Below, piece after piece: positions 1-11,300 of a stretch of DNA of 20,000 nt. The position numbers were made by a program, and so were the translations under genes. Numbering within the stretch: position 1 is the stretch's first letter; each line of letters begins with the position of its first letter. Origin of the DNA: Craspedostauros australis (taxonomy: Eukaryota). The stretch is from assembly GCA_030167865.1 (NCBI GenBank), contig JALAGF010000286.1, positions 58,099 through 78,098 on the forward strand, read 5' to 3'. The notes beneath the pieces are model-generated. The model saw only the letters and a program-made list of their open reading frames with translations, had not been told where the DNA came from and did no database searches.

Positions 1-175
1 CCGTCGATGGCTGAGCTCTGGTCGACGCGTTCGTCATGGATTGACTCGGCACCTTGACCAGCAAGGCCCAGGTGGTGTCGCGGATCCCGCATTCGGAGCA
101 GAATTGATTCTCTGGCAGCTTCCTCGTGGCTGCCAGCCGCTTCTTGCACAGGTTGTTCATAGTTGAGGTCGCCAT
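1..175 (-). CDS. ArfGAP-domain protein, 5' part (continues beyond the left edge)
   Basis: Manual minus-strand translation from ATG 175 (or ATG 160): MATSTMNNLCKKRLAATRKLPENQFCSECGIRDTTWALLVKVPSQSMTNASTRAQPST... The segment L-x4-KLPEN-x2-C-x2-CG-x5-WA matches the N-terminal half of the ArfGAP zinc finger (typical LxxLPxNxxCxDCGxxxPxWAS). In-frame stop upstream at 281-283. Absent from the ORF track because it has no stop in the window. Confidence 0.75.
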   Translation of the reverse strand, partial: MATSTMNNLCKKRLAATRKLPENQFCSECGIRDTTWALLVKVPSQSMTNASTRAQPST

Positions 176-2207
176 GCGGGCAGCCCGCTCGTATTCGTAG
201 GCAATGGAGGCGACGTTCCAAGAGCGCTCTGCTGGTGTTTTTGCGATCAAGATGGTGTCAGCAGAGACGGAAAGGCAGTGCTACATGCGATGGTTGCAGG
301 TGGCTGGTTGCTGATTGGCAGGTTGGTGGATAGGTGGATAGGGTTCGATGGTGGTCCTCGTTTGTTGATGCTGTCGATGTCGTTGATCCCGTTGATGCTT
401 GGTGCATCCATCGCAAGGGTGGGATGGAGGCAGACTTTCGATCAACAGTTGATGCAGATGCTGATGTTGCTGGAAGTGATGTGGCTCGCCGAATTCGTCC
501 GTTTTGTCGTCCTACGAGCTACTCGCAGCAGCAGCTGTGGCCGTCGCTGTCGCTGTGATTGTTGTGAATGTGGATGTGGACGTTTGCTTGTCCCACCACC
601 CGCGTGTTGTCGCAGATCTCCTTGTGCGGTTGCTGTTCTTTCTCGCTGGTGTCGAGGAACAGTAGTGAGGATACTGTGGGCGCATCGCAATACAAGGTGC
701 GAGGTTCGTTTCCCGCTTTGGGGACGAAGCGCGATACTGCCTGTGGTTGCTCGCACACGTACGCAAGCTTCGGTGTGACAACACCGACCAAAACATCAAC
801 GCAAGAGAGCGGTTTCACAGGCCAAACAAGCTGTCGCTGTTTGCGCCAATCAACACGCGCAAACAACAAGGGGAAGCCAGAACACTCGAAACCAATAGAC
901 GTCCATGGATAAATTGTGAGGACAAAGGCTGCAAGACCAAGACCAAACGCGCAAACAGCGCAGAAGCCGAAAGTGTCGCATAGATTAAATGATGGTGTCT
1001 CAACACGACATCTTATCGGTCGTGCGGTCATAATACTGTTAATAGCTTTGGTGTCTGTGACACCGCTGAAGGCTTAGATCTGAGCTGAGGTTCTAGCGTT
1101 CACATTTTGAAACCCAATCGTACAAACCAAAAACGCGATGGACAAGGCACGAAACGTCACCAAACAACCCCAAGGCGCGAACTACTGTCGCGAAGACACC
1201 CCCACCAGATGCGGACAAGAAACAGAGAGGGAGGGAAGACAGGGCGAACGACGCCCCAAGGCTCTTGTCAACCAGCTGACCAACCAACAAGCCAACGGTG
1301 TCGGTACGTTCGCAGAGAGAGAGAGTAGAACAGAGAAGCGCAGAGCGGAGTAAATGCAGGCGAAGCAACATCAAAGCTATCGCCCATCCACACAAGCGGA
1401 ACTAACAACCACACCGACACAGCACTATCGCAAAGAGGTTGGCCTCCATTGTCAACTCGGCACTCTATACTTGTACGAGTACGTATGGTAAGTAGTACCT
1501 TTGAGAAGAAGCCTCCGTCCTCTGGTCGTATGCAGGATTTCAAATAGTGCAGAGTGTGCCGCATAGGTCGTAGCCCACCCACAATACCGATCGACATTCC
1601 CCCACTCGCACACCCGAGCCTGGTGCGATCGCGACGATGGTCGTGAAAGTGCTTTGCCTCCCCTGCCCACATGGTGCTCTGGTGCTCGTCCATGGAGATT
1701 GAATTGACAACAACCAAGAAACATGGCATCGCAAACGCCCACGTCTCGATTCGGCACACAATTCCAAGTTTGCGACTTATTCGAATGAGTCGACTATTTA
1801 GGGGGTGGGTGACCTGGTGGTAACCACATTTTTTACCGCAACTCCCACTCCACCCCCTTTCTGCGACAACAACTTGGCGCCAAAAAGAATCTTCCGTGTC
1901 AACAGATGAGAACCGAACCGCAACGCAATCTGTGCTGGGTTCTTCTGACCATCTTGTGTTTCTGCTGTCATCCCCGTCCTCTTGCTCTCTCTCTCTCTTC
2001 TCTTGGAGGAGAATCTGTCACGAGAAGAAAGAGTTCTTGTGCGTTCATGTTACCCACGCGTTGCCCAACACACACACCAAGAGGAGGAAGTCGTTGCAAT
2101 CTCACAAAAACAAACGAGCGAGAGCTGTCAACCTCCAACTCCCAAGACAACAGCAAAGCCAACATCAACAAGAACATCAATAGCATCGACAGCACCAAGC
2201 ACGCATC

Positions 2208-3158
2208 ATGAAGAGCCCCTCCACTATCCCTTTCCTTCTCACTACGCTTCTCCTTGCTGCAGCAGGATACCCAGCAGCCGCCGGCGCGACGTCCTCGCAC
2301 GCGGAGGACACGCCAGATGACAACGCTGCACCAGCCAACGGGGGCGACTGGGTGGGTAAAATCTCCAAGTCGAACGTTGATGGCGGCGCTAGGGTACGCC
2401 GATCTCGCGGAGGATCACCGGTGCAATCTTCCTCCGCTGCCTTCTCGTCTTCCATATCCGACAACCGAAAGCACAGAGCTTCGAAGCGTAATGCGCCCAA
2501 GACACCGCACGCGGGCACTGATGTGACCAAGAAGGTCACCGCGGCAGATTCCCTCTTTGCCTCTGTCAGCAAGGTGCCATGCAACGAGAACGGCGTCGTC
2601 CATGCCTGGTGCAGCAACGCCATCAGCAACTCGGATCTTGCATGCGCCATCGACCCCGCAAGCAATATGTATGCTTGCCGGTGCGACGAAGATACATCCC
2701 ATTGCCCGACTGAGTGCATCCAGCCAAACTCAGATAGCGCGAGCGTTCCCATCGCTCCGTTCCAAACCGCACCCCATTCCATCGTTTGCCGCGGAATCCC
2801 CGAGGATGAACCGAACTACATTCTCGTGCGACCAAAGGAGGTCACATCCAAGTTGCCCTTGCACCATTGCGAGAACAACGCGCTTGTCGCCAACTGGTGC
2901 AACGAAGGCCAGGCAGCCATAATCGACGACAGAAACAAGCTGAAGCTGAAGGGGGAAAACAAAGACGGCAACTTGGACTGCCTCCTCCTTCCAGCACTGG
3001 ATGAGTACGTTTGCACCTGCTACGGCAATCGTGCTGCTTGCCCACAGGATTGCGTCAACGGCGAGAAGCCCGATCGCGTGTCGGCCCATGCCATCCGTTG
3101 CAGTGGCATTCCGCAAGACACGCCCAACTACGTGTTAGTGGAATCGAAGCACAAGTAG
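2208..3158 (+). CDS. Secreted cysteine-rich protein with two tandem 8-Cys domains, 316 aa
   Basis: Intronless ORF. Signal-peptide-like N-terminus (MKSPSTIPFLLTTLLLAAAGYPAAAG), a basic low-complexity linker, then two repeats with conserved Cys spacing, each ending CxGIPxDxPNY(I/V)LV. Confidence 0.85.
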   Translation: MKSPSTIPFLLTTLLLAAAGYPAAAGATSSHAEDTPDDNAAPANGGDWVGKISKSNVDGGARVRRSRGGSPVQSSSAAFSSSISDNRKHRASKRNAPKTPHAGTDVTKKVTAADSLFASVSKVPCNENGVVHAWCSNAISNSDLACAIDPASNMYACRCDEDTSHCPTECIQPNSDSASVPIAPFQTAPHSIVCRGIPEDEPNYILVRPKEVTSKLPLHHCENNALVANWCNEGQAAIIDDRNKLKLKGENKDGNLDCLLLPALDEYVCTCYGNRAACPQDCVNGEKPDRVSAHAIRCSGIPQDTPNYVLVESKHK

Positions 3159-3716
3159 GGCCGCAAGTCAACAGATCGCAGCGCAGAAGCAGTGGCGAAA
3201 TCGTCTGTCCACACCTTGGTGACGACGAAGCAAACTAAACGATTGCGTGGCGAGAGTTCATTTGAGCAGGACCGCGAACCAATCCAAATTACTTTACGAG
3301 CTACTACACTCCATTTTACCCTATTCTGCTCGACTCTACTCTACTCTGCACGACTCTCCACTGCTCTATGAGCACTCTCTCGTAACCAATCAACGAGCCA
3401 GTTATTCAACGATAGTTCTCTAATACGGGTACATCAACAACACTCTTATCAACCATACGTACTATACATTTCATTGCGATTTGGGTGCCACGGCAAACAT
3501 CTACTCCACCCAGGCATGCCAAGCGCTGGAACAAACCTGCAACAGCTGCGGCCGCTGCCCCTATCCTCTCGAAACATGGCTTGTATAGTACCATGAGCAG
3601 ACTTGTGAAAGCAATTCACACGAGAGACCGGTATGTGCATCACCCAATTCACTTATTCATTCATTCATTGATTTGCGTACGATGTCCAACATATTCTGAT
3701 ATCCATGCTACTCTGT

Positions 3717-4637
3717 TTAAGCCGTACCAGCAAGCAGCGCCGCCGTGGACCCAATTAGCATGCCGGCAATCGCGAGGCCGTGCGCAGAGGTAGAAGATGT
3801 TGTCGGCGCCATGGTTGGCGGGCCCGTCGGGGGCTTTGTCGTCACAGTAATGTTAGACTTTGGACAATCGGCATCTGTGAAGGTTGACGTGTACTTGAGA
3901 TCCCAGATGCTTCCCTTCACCTGTTGGTGTCGGCATCGTTGGCAGTTATCAATATTGTTCGCACCACCACGGCATTCGTCATTTCCGGCGATTGCGCAAG
4001 TCATTGGACAGAAGAAAAGGAGACGCAGGGCGGAGGTGAGATCATGAATGACAAATCGCAGGCCGCCATGCACTCGTGCGCTGCTCGTGCGAGTCTGGCG
4101 ATGGGAGTTTGATTCGAATCATTGTCTCCGTATTGCGTCGTCCTTCTGCTTTTTTGCATAATGGAGGCAGGTCTGGGACATCGTGCGATGGATTGCACGA
4201 GGAGGGCACCTTAGCGTAGCCGCCTTTGCCTTGGGCCATTCCTCTTTGCAATCATCTTTCGATGGAATGCAGCATCGAGGAGCCACCTCTCCTTCATCCC
4301 TACCATCGCGCTGCTTCGTTCCTTTCGTCTCCAACGCTGTGAAAGCAAGTTTAGCCTTGACATCGTTGGACATGTCACTTACGATGCAATAGCCATTGGT
4401 CACATTGAGAAAGCAGCCACCATCCGGCGCATCAAAGAGGGAGCAACAGTCGCCTTCGAATTCATGCGTGTCGTTGATGTCTTCGCAAGAGACCTCGGCG
4501 TCGGTGTGCAGCTCGGCCTCCTCATCGCGCTCGCTCAGCGCCGCAAGGGAAGATCCCATGAGGACGGCAACTGCCATCATGGCCAAAAGGAACCGTTTGG
4601 AGTTCATCGCGCTCCTTCTCTGTGCTGATGTCTTCAT
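3717..4637 (-). CDS. Small GPI-anchored cell-surface protein, join(complement 4383..4637, 3717..3920), ~152 aa; alternative start at 4607
   Basis: Exon 1 gives a signal peptide (RFLLAMMAVAVLMGSSLA) and a Cys domain up to ...NGYCI, then a GTAAGT donor at 4382. A CAG acceptor at 3923-3921 joins in phase 0 to VKGSIWDLKYTSTFTDADCPKSNITVTTKPPTGPPTMAPTTSSTSAHGLAIAGMLIGSTAALLAGTA*. The spliced product has 6 Cys, a PT-rich stalk, small residues (SSTSA) and a hydrophobic C-terminus typical of a GPI signal. Confidence 0.8.
3921..4382 (-). other. Spliceosomal GT-AG intron (462 bp, phase 0)
   Basis: Donor ATC|GTAAGT, acceptor CAACAG|GTG. CTCAC branch-like motif at 4040-4036 followed by a pyrimidine tract. 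Splicing joins two ORF fragments into a coherent signal-peptide/GPI protein. Confidence 0.75.
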
Positions 4638-5975
4638 CTTCGATATTTGTGGATTATAGTTCAATTCTGTGTGTTCGAGTAGTGTAATAGCACTCTGCAA
4701 CCAAAGAGGAAAAGGTCGTTGGTGCTATTGCGATGCCAAAGGTACGAATAGTAGGTATGTGCGTATGTGCATGCGATTGTTGCGGTGAACTGATTTGGTT
4801 TGATGTTGTTGTCTTTTTTCTCACAGAATCCATTGCTTCTGTCTGCGGTGACAACACGAGAACGACGCACAAAATCGCCAATGAGGATCGCCGCGGAGAA
4901 AACCGCCGAAAAGTGACCATCATCGGTCATTCCATTTCAAATAAGCACTATACAAGTACTTCTTGTTCTCGTCAACACCCCCGACTCGACATCATTTGAG
5001 TCACGATGTCGGATTCAACCGAATGATTCAGTCGTGTACCGCGCCAATCCGATCGACACGTCTGATTTCAAAACGGTCATCTTCCCTCCCCGTTCGCTGG
5101 CGTTGGTGGTACCAAAACGGACAAGGATGTCAACAAGGAATAGTCGTAGTACAGAATGTAAGCAGCTGCTCTTTGTGGACAGCCAACTCTCGCGACGCAC
5201 CCCTGTCGCTCCGAAGGGTGAACGTGGCCTGAAATTCAAATTTCTGAGCCGTTGTTCTTGTCGTCCTTTGCGCGGCTATTCTCGCGCGAGCGTGAAGTTC
5301 ATCTCCACCCAGCGCCCGTCCACGACTTGTCCACGGAGTTTCATCTGGATATGGACATGGGGCATCGCCACGCTGCAGGCAGCGGATATCAACGAATGAT
5401 GATCGTCCTATCCAAGAGCTGGTTTGGACCTCAAAGGTTGGAAGAAGTTTGTTGTGGCCGGAATGTCCATATCTCCGTCCTTTGCGAGCTAGTTCGTTTT
5501 GATCGTAGTCTTTGTCGTGCCTGAGTCGTGATTGTATTGTTGCAACAATCGAACTGGTCAAGTCGGGTGTTTCTGTTTGCATCACGACTGGATAACGGAA
5601 ATTGTAACTGTTGGCTGTTTTGAACCAAACGCCTGGAGTAAGAAATAGTGACGACATCAGGCTGCGAGTATGGTATGTACACACGTACAAGAATGTATTC
5701 ATACCTGCCGTTCACGTGATGTTCTGTCAGCACTCGTGCAGTTCAGCTCAGGTTTCCGTACGGCATGGTGCCATAGGTACGAGTACACAAGCACTGCACC
5801 AAACATGATTGCACTCACAGCTGCATCTGACCGGCTCACGAAGTGCGCCATCTCGCGCCAATGCATGCGGATTCATGTAGTCCCATGTCAGCTTGTGTCT
5901 TCCCCTTCTTCCACTCACAATCTCAACAACAGCAAAAGCTGAAAGCAAGAGCAAGAGCAAACACAAACGCAATCG

Positions 5976-7359
5976 ATGCAAAGAGCAAGTGAAGATTACC
6001 ACATCGACTCCGCAAACAGCGTCGATAGAGCAGGATTCATGATGTTGAAGCAAGAACAAGTCACCGCGGCAGCCTTGGGCGTCTACTTCGAACGACTTTC
6101 CGTCTTCGGCATCTTCGGCCGTGTCTGCCATATCTTTGGGCAACGTTGGCTGGCCTTCCTCGCCATCGCAACCTCAGTATACCTTGCTGGGCTGCTGTTT
6201 GCCACTCTCACAGCCTTGGTGATGGGACACGACACTGACATCGATGGCTTCAGCGTTGACGTGTACGCCTTTGCCAACATCGTCCCAACGAAGAAAAATG
6301 TGATCATCTTTGTCATCGAGTCGTTCATCTTCTACTGCTTCGAATGCATCGCACAGGGCACCATCATTTGGCTCGTCATCCACCTCTACGTCGACCAACA
6401 CCGCACCATAATGGAGGCATTCACTCAAGGTCTTCGTCGGTGCTTTGCATTGGTCATGGCCAATGCCATCATCTTCCTCATCTTGCTCGTCACCACATGG
6501 GTGGTACTGGCGATGACGGTGATGGGGTCAGTTTGGATGCTTCATGGGTACGATGCCGATGATGACAATGGCAACGGCAACGGCAATGCCAATGGGAATG
6601 GGAACGAGAACAGCTACAGCTCCACCCGTTTCGTCGAACTCGAGCTCTGCCTCTTCTTGGCCCTGTTCGCCTTCTACATCTACGTGCTTCTTGGTTCCTA
6701 CGTGACGTTCCCCGCGATCATGACTGAAGACATGGGGCCCATTCAAGGCATCAAGCGCTCCTTCAACCTCTCCATCGGTCACAAGTGCTCCATCCTCGGT
6801 ATCTTCCTCATGTGTTGTCTGATCAAATTCATCGTCGTCTTCATCCTCGCCGCTTTTGAGATGTATGAGTACGGCAATCCGTACGCTGATGATACAACTA
6901 ACTTTTGGGTTTGTCGCGTCATCGATGCAATCTTGGCAATCCTGTACATGGCATTGGGAGGCATGTAAGTTGGACTTTGATCGGCTGTCGCCTGCTCATT
7001 CTTTGCAGTGGAATGCGACCGAGTACTCCATGTTGCATGCATTGATCTTCATCCATTCTTACTTCGTTCATGCCCACGGCGCTCACTTCTCTCAACTTGC
7101 CTCTTCGCTCTCACAATTCCATATCTGCTGTTGAACACGGTCCTGTCGTTCGACGAACTATGGATGGCAATGGTCACACCAACAACATCATCCATCGCGA
7201 ATGCAACACATGCCCTCCGTCACCAATGATACACACAGCTTCCAAGCAGTTATCTACCTGAACTTGCGCGTGCACAATGAAAGCATGGACGCGGACAGGC
7301 TCTCCAGTGATCTTGGTTTGACGGACGCTTCGTACATCACCATGAACGATGTCGTCTAG
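5976..7359 (+). CDS. Polytopic membrane protein (about 6 TM), GPDPase-membrane-domain-like family, join(5976..6964,7239..7359), 369 aa
   Basis: Several long hydrophobic segments. Motifs PAIMTEDMGPIQGIKRSFNLSIGH and, after splicing, IFQAVIYLNLRVHNESMD resemble the 'E..gp..al.RS..L..G' and 'vlY.dLR.r.Eg.D' motifs of proteins annotated as glycerophosphoryl diester phosphodiesterase membrane domain (PF10110-like). The ORF-track stop at 6966-6968 lies within the GTAAGT donor. Confidence 0.8.
6565..6611 (+). repeat. Coding (Asn-Gly)n low-complexity repeat
   Basis: aatggcaacggcaacggcaatgccaatgggaatgggaacgagaac encodes NGNGNGNANGNGNEN in a loop between hydrophobic segments. Confidence 0.8.
6965..7238 (+). 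other. Spliceosomal GT-AG intron (274 bp, phase 2)
   Basis: Donor AT|GTAAGT at 6965, acceptor ACACAG|C at 7238. Splicing restores the family C-terminal motif and reaches TAG at 7357-7359. Confidence 0.85.
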
Positions 7360-7374
7360 AGAGAGAGAGAGAGA
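7358..7374 (+). repeat. (AG)n microsatellite at the stop codon / 3' UTR
   Basis: agagagagagagagaga overlaps and follows the TAG at 7357-7359. Confidence 0.85.
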
Positions 7375-8387
7375 AGTACATGCAAGAGCGAACGTGCCAC
7401 ACGATCCGAAGATGTGGTGTAGGCGTATCCAACACCCAGTTACTCAGCAAGCAGCTCTCGCCTGTCCGTACTTGTATGGTATAACTCTATCAGTATCATT
7501 GCCCTCGGGAGTGTCTTCCGGCACAAATGGCCGCAACCAGAATCTAGCTGAGTACGATTGTCAATAGATGTTGAACAGCAAGCAAGCTCAAGCACCAACG
7601 CACCCGAGGTAGATCATCACCACAATAGGAAGTCTGTTTCCACCATTTGCACAACAACATCGAATGGTGTGATATTGCGTCATCTGACAGTGGAGTATGT
7701 GTATATTGCATGCTGAAACTGACGCCAGTATCAATGCTCATGTCCGCACTATTAGTATTGTATAATTTGTACGATGTCCACACATCAAACGAGCGAGGAC
7801 TCTGCTGAAGTGCCGCCTTGTCATCAGTGTGATGAATCGATCTTGGCTCCCGCGTTCATGCAACAAAGCGTGTTACTTTCGTGTCGTCTCGCCACGAATC
7901 AAACAAGGACACGCTTGTACCCTAGCTACTTGTAAAACAAGCACGACTCGCTTTCCTCTAAATGGAGGACTGTAGTCTGGCATGACGCCTATTTTGCTCC
8001 CTTTTAACACTTGTTTTCCGACTTCCGTATCTACAAATGATGCTTTTGCCCAACAGAATCTTTTTGCCTGAGATTTTGACGAACCAGGCGCTTGCTTCGC
8101 CCAGAGATCGCCGTGGCAGTGGCAGCAACAGCGGTGGCAGCAGCAACAACAAGAGCAACGATGGCAAGGCTCGTACTCCAGTTGGTTCCACATTCGCACC
8201 ATACTCGTGCTCGAACTACAGAGAGAGTGCCAACATTGAAAGTCATACTCGTGTAGTAATAATATAATATTCTATAACTGTACATACCGCTCTTTCAACG
8301 AAGAGAGTACGCAGAACAACGGAGCACGCTGTGGCACACTACCTCACTGCATTCGTGCGGCCTGCCTTGCCGTGAAAAGTCGGAACC

Positions 8388-11300
8388 ATGAACTTCGGTT
8401 CGCGAAGGAGCCTGCGGGTGGATGCGCATGGCAAGGACCGCCCATGGCAGTACGATTGGAAGAGCCCGCGGTGGCACATGGCTGTCAGCGCAGACACCAT
8501 GAACAGCGGCGGCTCGGGCACCAATGTCGAACAGAAGAAGAGGAGCAGCAGCAAGATCCGTGCCAGAGCCAGCGCCGTCGCAGGAGCCGTGGCTGCGTTG
8601 GGCGTCATCCCAGACGAAGCTCCGCTGGACACGTTGGCGCCAATCACGAAGGAGGCATCGGCAGAGTCGACCTCCACGTGCACATTCTCGTGCTCATCCC
8701 TCGTGAACTACGCAGAGCTCCCGAATTCCATCAAGCAGCAGCTTGACGACGAGGACGTTTACAGCTTCCAGGCTGCGTCCACGAAAAAGCAGAGCGGCGA
8801 GAATGGGAGCGATCAAGCATACGACAACAACGATGACTCCAAAACGAATGACGAGGATAGTGCGTACCACTTCGATGATGACTTCGGCAGTCCCGTCCGA
8901 ATGCGTCTCCCGAGCACACGCAAGAGAGACTCGCATCACATCCTGCTCAAGGTCTCTCTGCTGTCATCGCCAGCATCAACAGACAGCGGTGCAACACAAT
9001 CACAACCGCATGCCAAGCCTTCCGCTTCGTCGGGCAAGCCTGATGCGTCGCCGCTGAACACATCTGTTCGTCTGGAAGTCTTCACGATCCCGACAGTCTC
9101 GGATCCGTCCTCGTCATCCATAGCTGCAGCGGCAGCCGCAGCATCAGCTGCGACACCACCACCGTATGCACTTTCGGATGCAGATGCTGCGCCCACGACG
9201 ACGCTCACCCGGATCATTTCCAAAACGTTGCTCTGGCCCAGATCTGTCGACCCAGCTTCCGACAACGCTGCCAATCACAAGCATTCAAAAATCTATCAAA
9301 AGCAGAACATCTTCCAACGTCTGTTTCCTTGGCAGGCAGAGAAGAAGATCACGGAACTCGGCACCAATCCCAACCAAGCAGATGGCGAGAACAAGCCAGA
9401 GCACAGTCGCAACCGCAATCGTAATCGCAGCCGACAGAACGATTCGCGCGGTGCAAAGGAGAGCAGGGAAGGTATAGTGGGTGCCGCCTTGCTTCGTCTG
9501 CCGTCGCAGGGAGATGAGACAAAAGCACAACGAGACACCGGATTCGACAAGATCGCAGCCGCACCAGGCGAGCCATCTCTCATGCACGGCGACTTGTCAC
9601 CAGAACAAGCGTCTGCGATGGAGGTCCTGGAGTTCCTCTCGTTGGGCATGGCGACGCCCACCATGGTTCAAGCGCCCAAGTTGCCTGATGACGCAGCTCA
9701 TTTGAAGGATGCCATTGGCGCATCCAACGATGGGAACCATGAAACTCAAAGTCCGACCAGCAAAGGCGACGCACGAACAGCTGCACAGCAAAAGCCCTCA
9801 CCCCAGTCCGGTGGCGTGAATACAAAGCCAGGGCTGGCCTCGGGAGAAGCCGCCACGCTGCCATTCCATCCAATATCACCAAAGACTACAGTGACAGGCA
9901 CAGCTGCAGGCACTGTCCCATCCATGTCTGCAGCTGTGGATGCGGAACGTAAGGAGAACAGCAAACCAGACTCAATTGTTGCCACTCCCACGAACAACAA
10001 CAACAACAACGCAGGCAAACCAGATGGTTCGTTGTCGCGCATGCCGCTTCGTTGCATGTGCATCGGTCAAGATGGGCAGATATACGTGTACGACCCTTGG
10101 CATTTGCTTTGTGCCGATGAACCTCGCCCTGTGGACACATCCGAGAAGGGTGATGGCAAGAAGAGGGAACGCAACGATGACATGGGCGATGCCTTCGCCG
10201 CCCTTCTTTTCGGCATCGATCTCGACAAGCAGCTCAAGTCAACCATCCTGCCATTGAGTCAACCGCTCAAGACCATCTCGCTTGCGGCAGTTGATCGGAA
10301 AAGCGAGGCGAAGATGTCGGATCAGCCTGCTGCTAAGAAATCGATGGCTTCATCAGCAGCGTCAACATCGAACATGGGGCAGCAACGTGCAAATGATGAC
10401 AGCACCAGCGCAAACGCCAACACCAGCAAGCGGAAACCTCGAGCCAATGACAAATCCCTCATCGCATCTCTCATGGACTGGAATCCGTCTCTCGTCGAGC
10501 CATCGACCTTGATCTACTTGACCAAGCACAACAAACCGACGTCGATGATCCAGGTCGGAGACTACCTGGTTGTCATTGGTTGTGGTTTCAAGCAGCGTCC
10601 CGGAGAGATCGTGGATCAGATCCGCGCGAAAGAAATCGGCAAGCCCAAGCCTCATCACCGAGATGGCGAACCATCGCGCGATCAAGATGGGGCCACTGGT
10701 GGCGATAGCAACAGCAAGTGGTGGGACGACCATGGCGACGGCGGCACCGGTCCCAGTTCCAGCCCCGATGCCGACGATCTGGCAACTGCGGAAGACACGA
10801 AGACGGAGTTGATGGAGAGCGACGATGTCCCTTCGCAACACATGTCCAACGACAGATCCGATCGCTCTCGTAATGGCGGATTCGTCACATTCATCTCACT
10901 TCGGTTGATATCAGAGACCAGAACGGTCTACCTCCCATTTAGACCGACGAAGATCTCCACCTTGCAAGCCGACGGGCATCTGTGTGCTCTCGTTACGGGC
11001 AAGGACTCCAGCATGGCAGTTGCGATACCCGTCAAAGCATTCTGGCTGGTCCTGCAGCAAGAGGTTGATGCAAAAAGCAGCAATGCAGCATCCACAGCAC
11101 AACAGCAAATCGAAAACGATGATACGGGTTCCGAATCCGACTTCCAACATCAGTTGCAGCAAGAACAAGAGAATTCGGGTGCGTTTTCTCTCGAGGATGG
11201 CGATTCGCCGTCCGTAAAGGAGAAAAAGGCCAAGCGATCGCTGCAAACCGCTATGGTTTACATCAAGCGGTTCCAATTGCTGCCATGCGACGTGCCTCTC

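Noticed and set aside
176-283. Possible upstream exon of the ArfGAP gene using the TAG at 283-281 as acceptor
   Set aside because: No AG-free zone or clear branch motif upstream, unlike the three supported introns, and an ATG at 175 or 160 already gives a normal N-terminal ArfGAP position.
278-2183. Many 60-170 aa ORFs on both strands
   Set aside because: Low-complexity or simple-repeat-derived translations with no recognisable motifs; consistent with UTR and intergenic DNA between divergent genes.
5130-5702. 190-aa minus-strand ORF
   Set aside because: No recognisable domain or splice partner and a random-looking composition; cannot be supported without homology or expression data.
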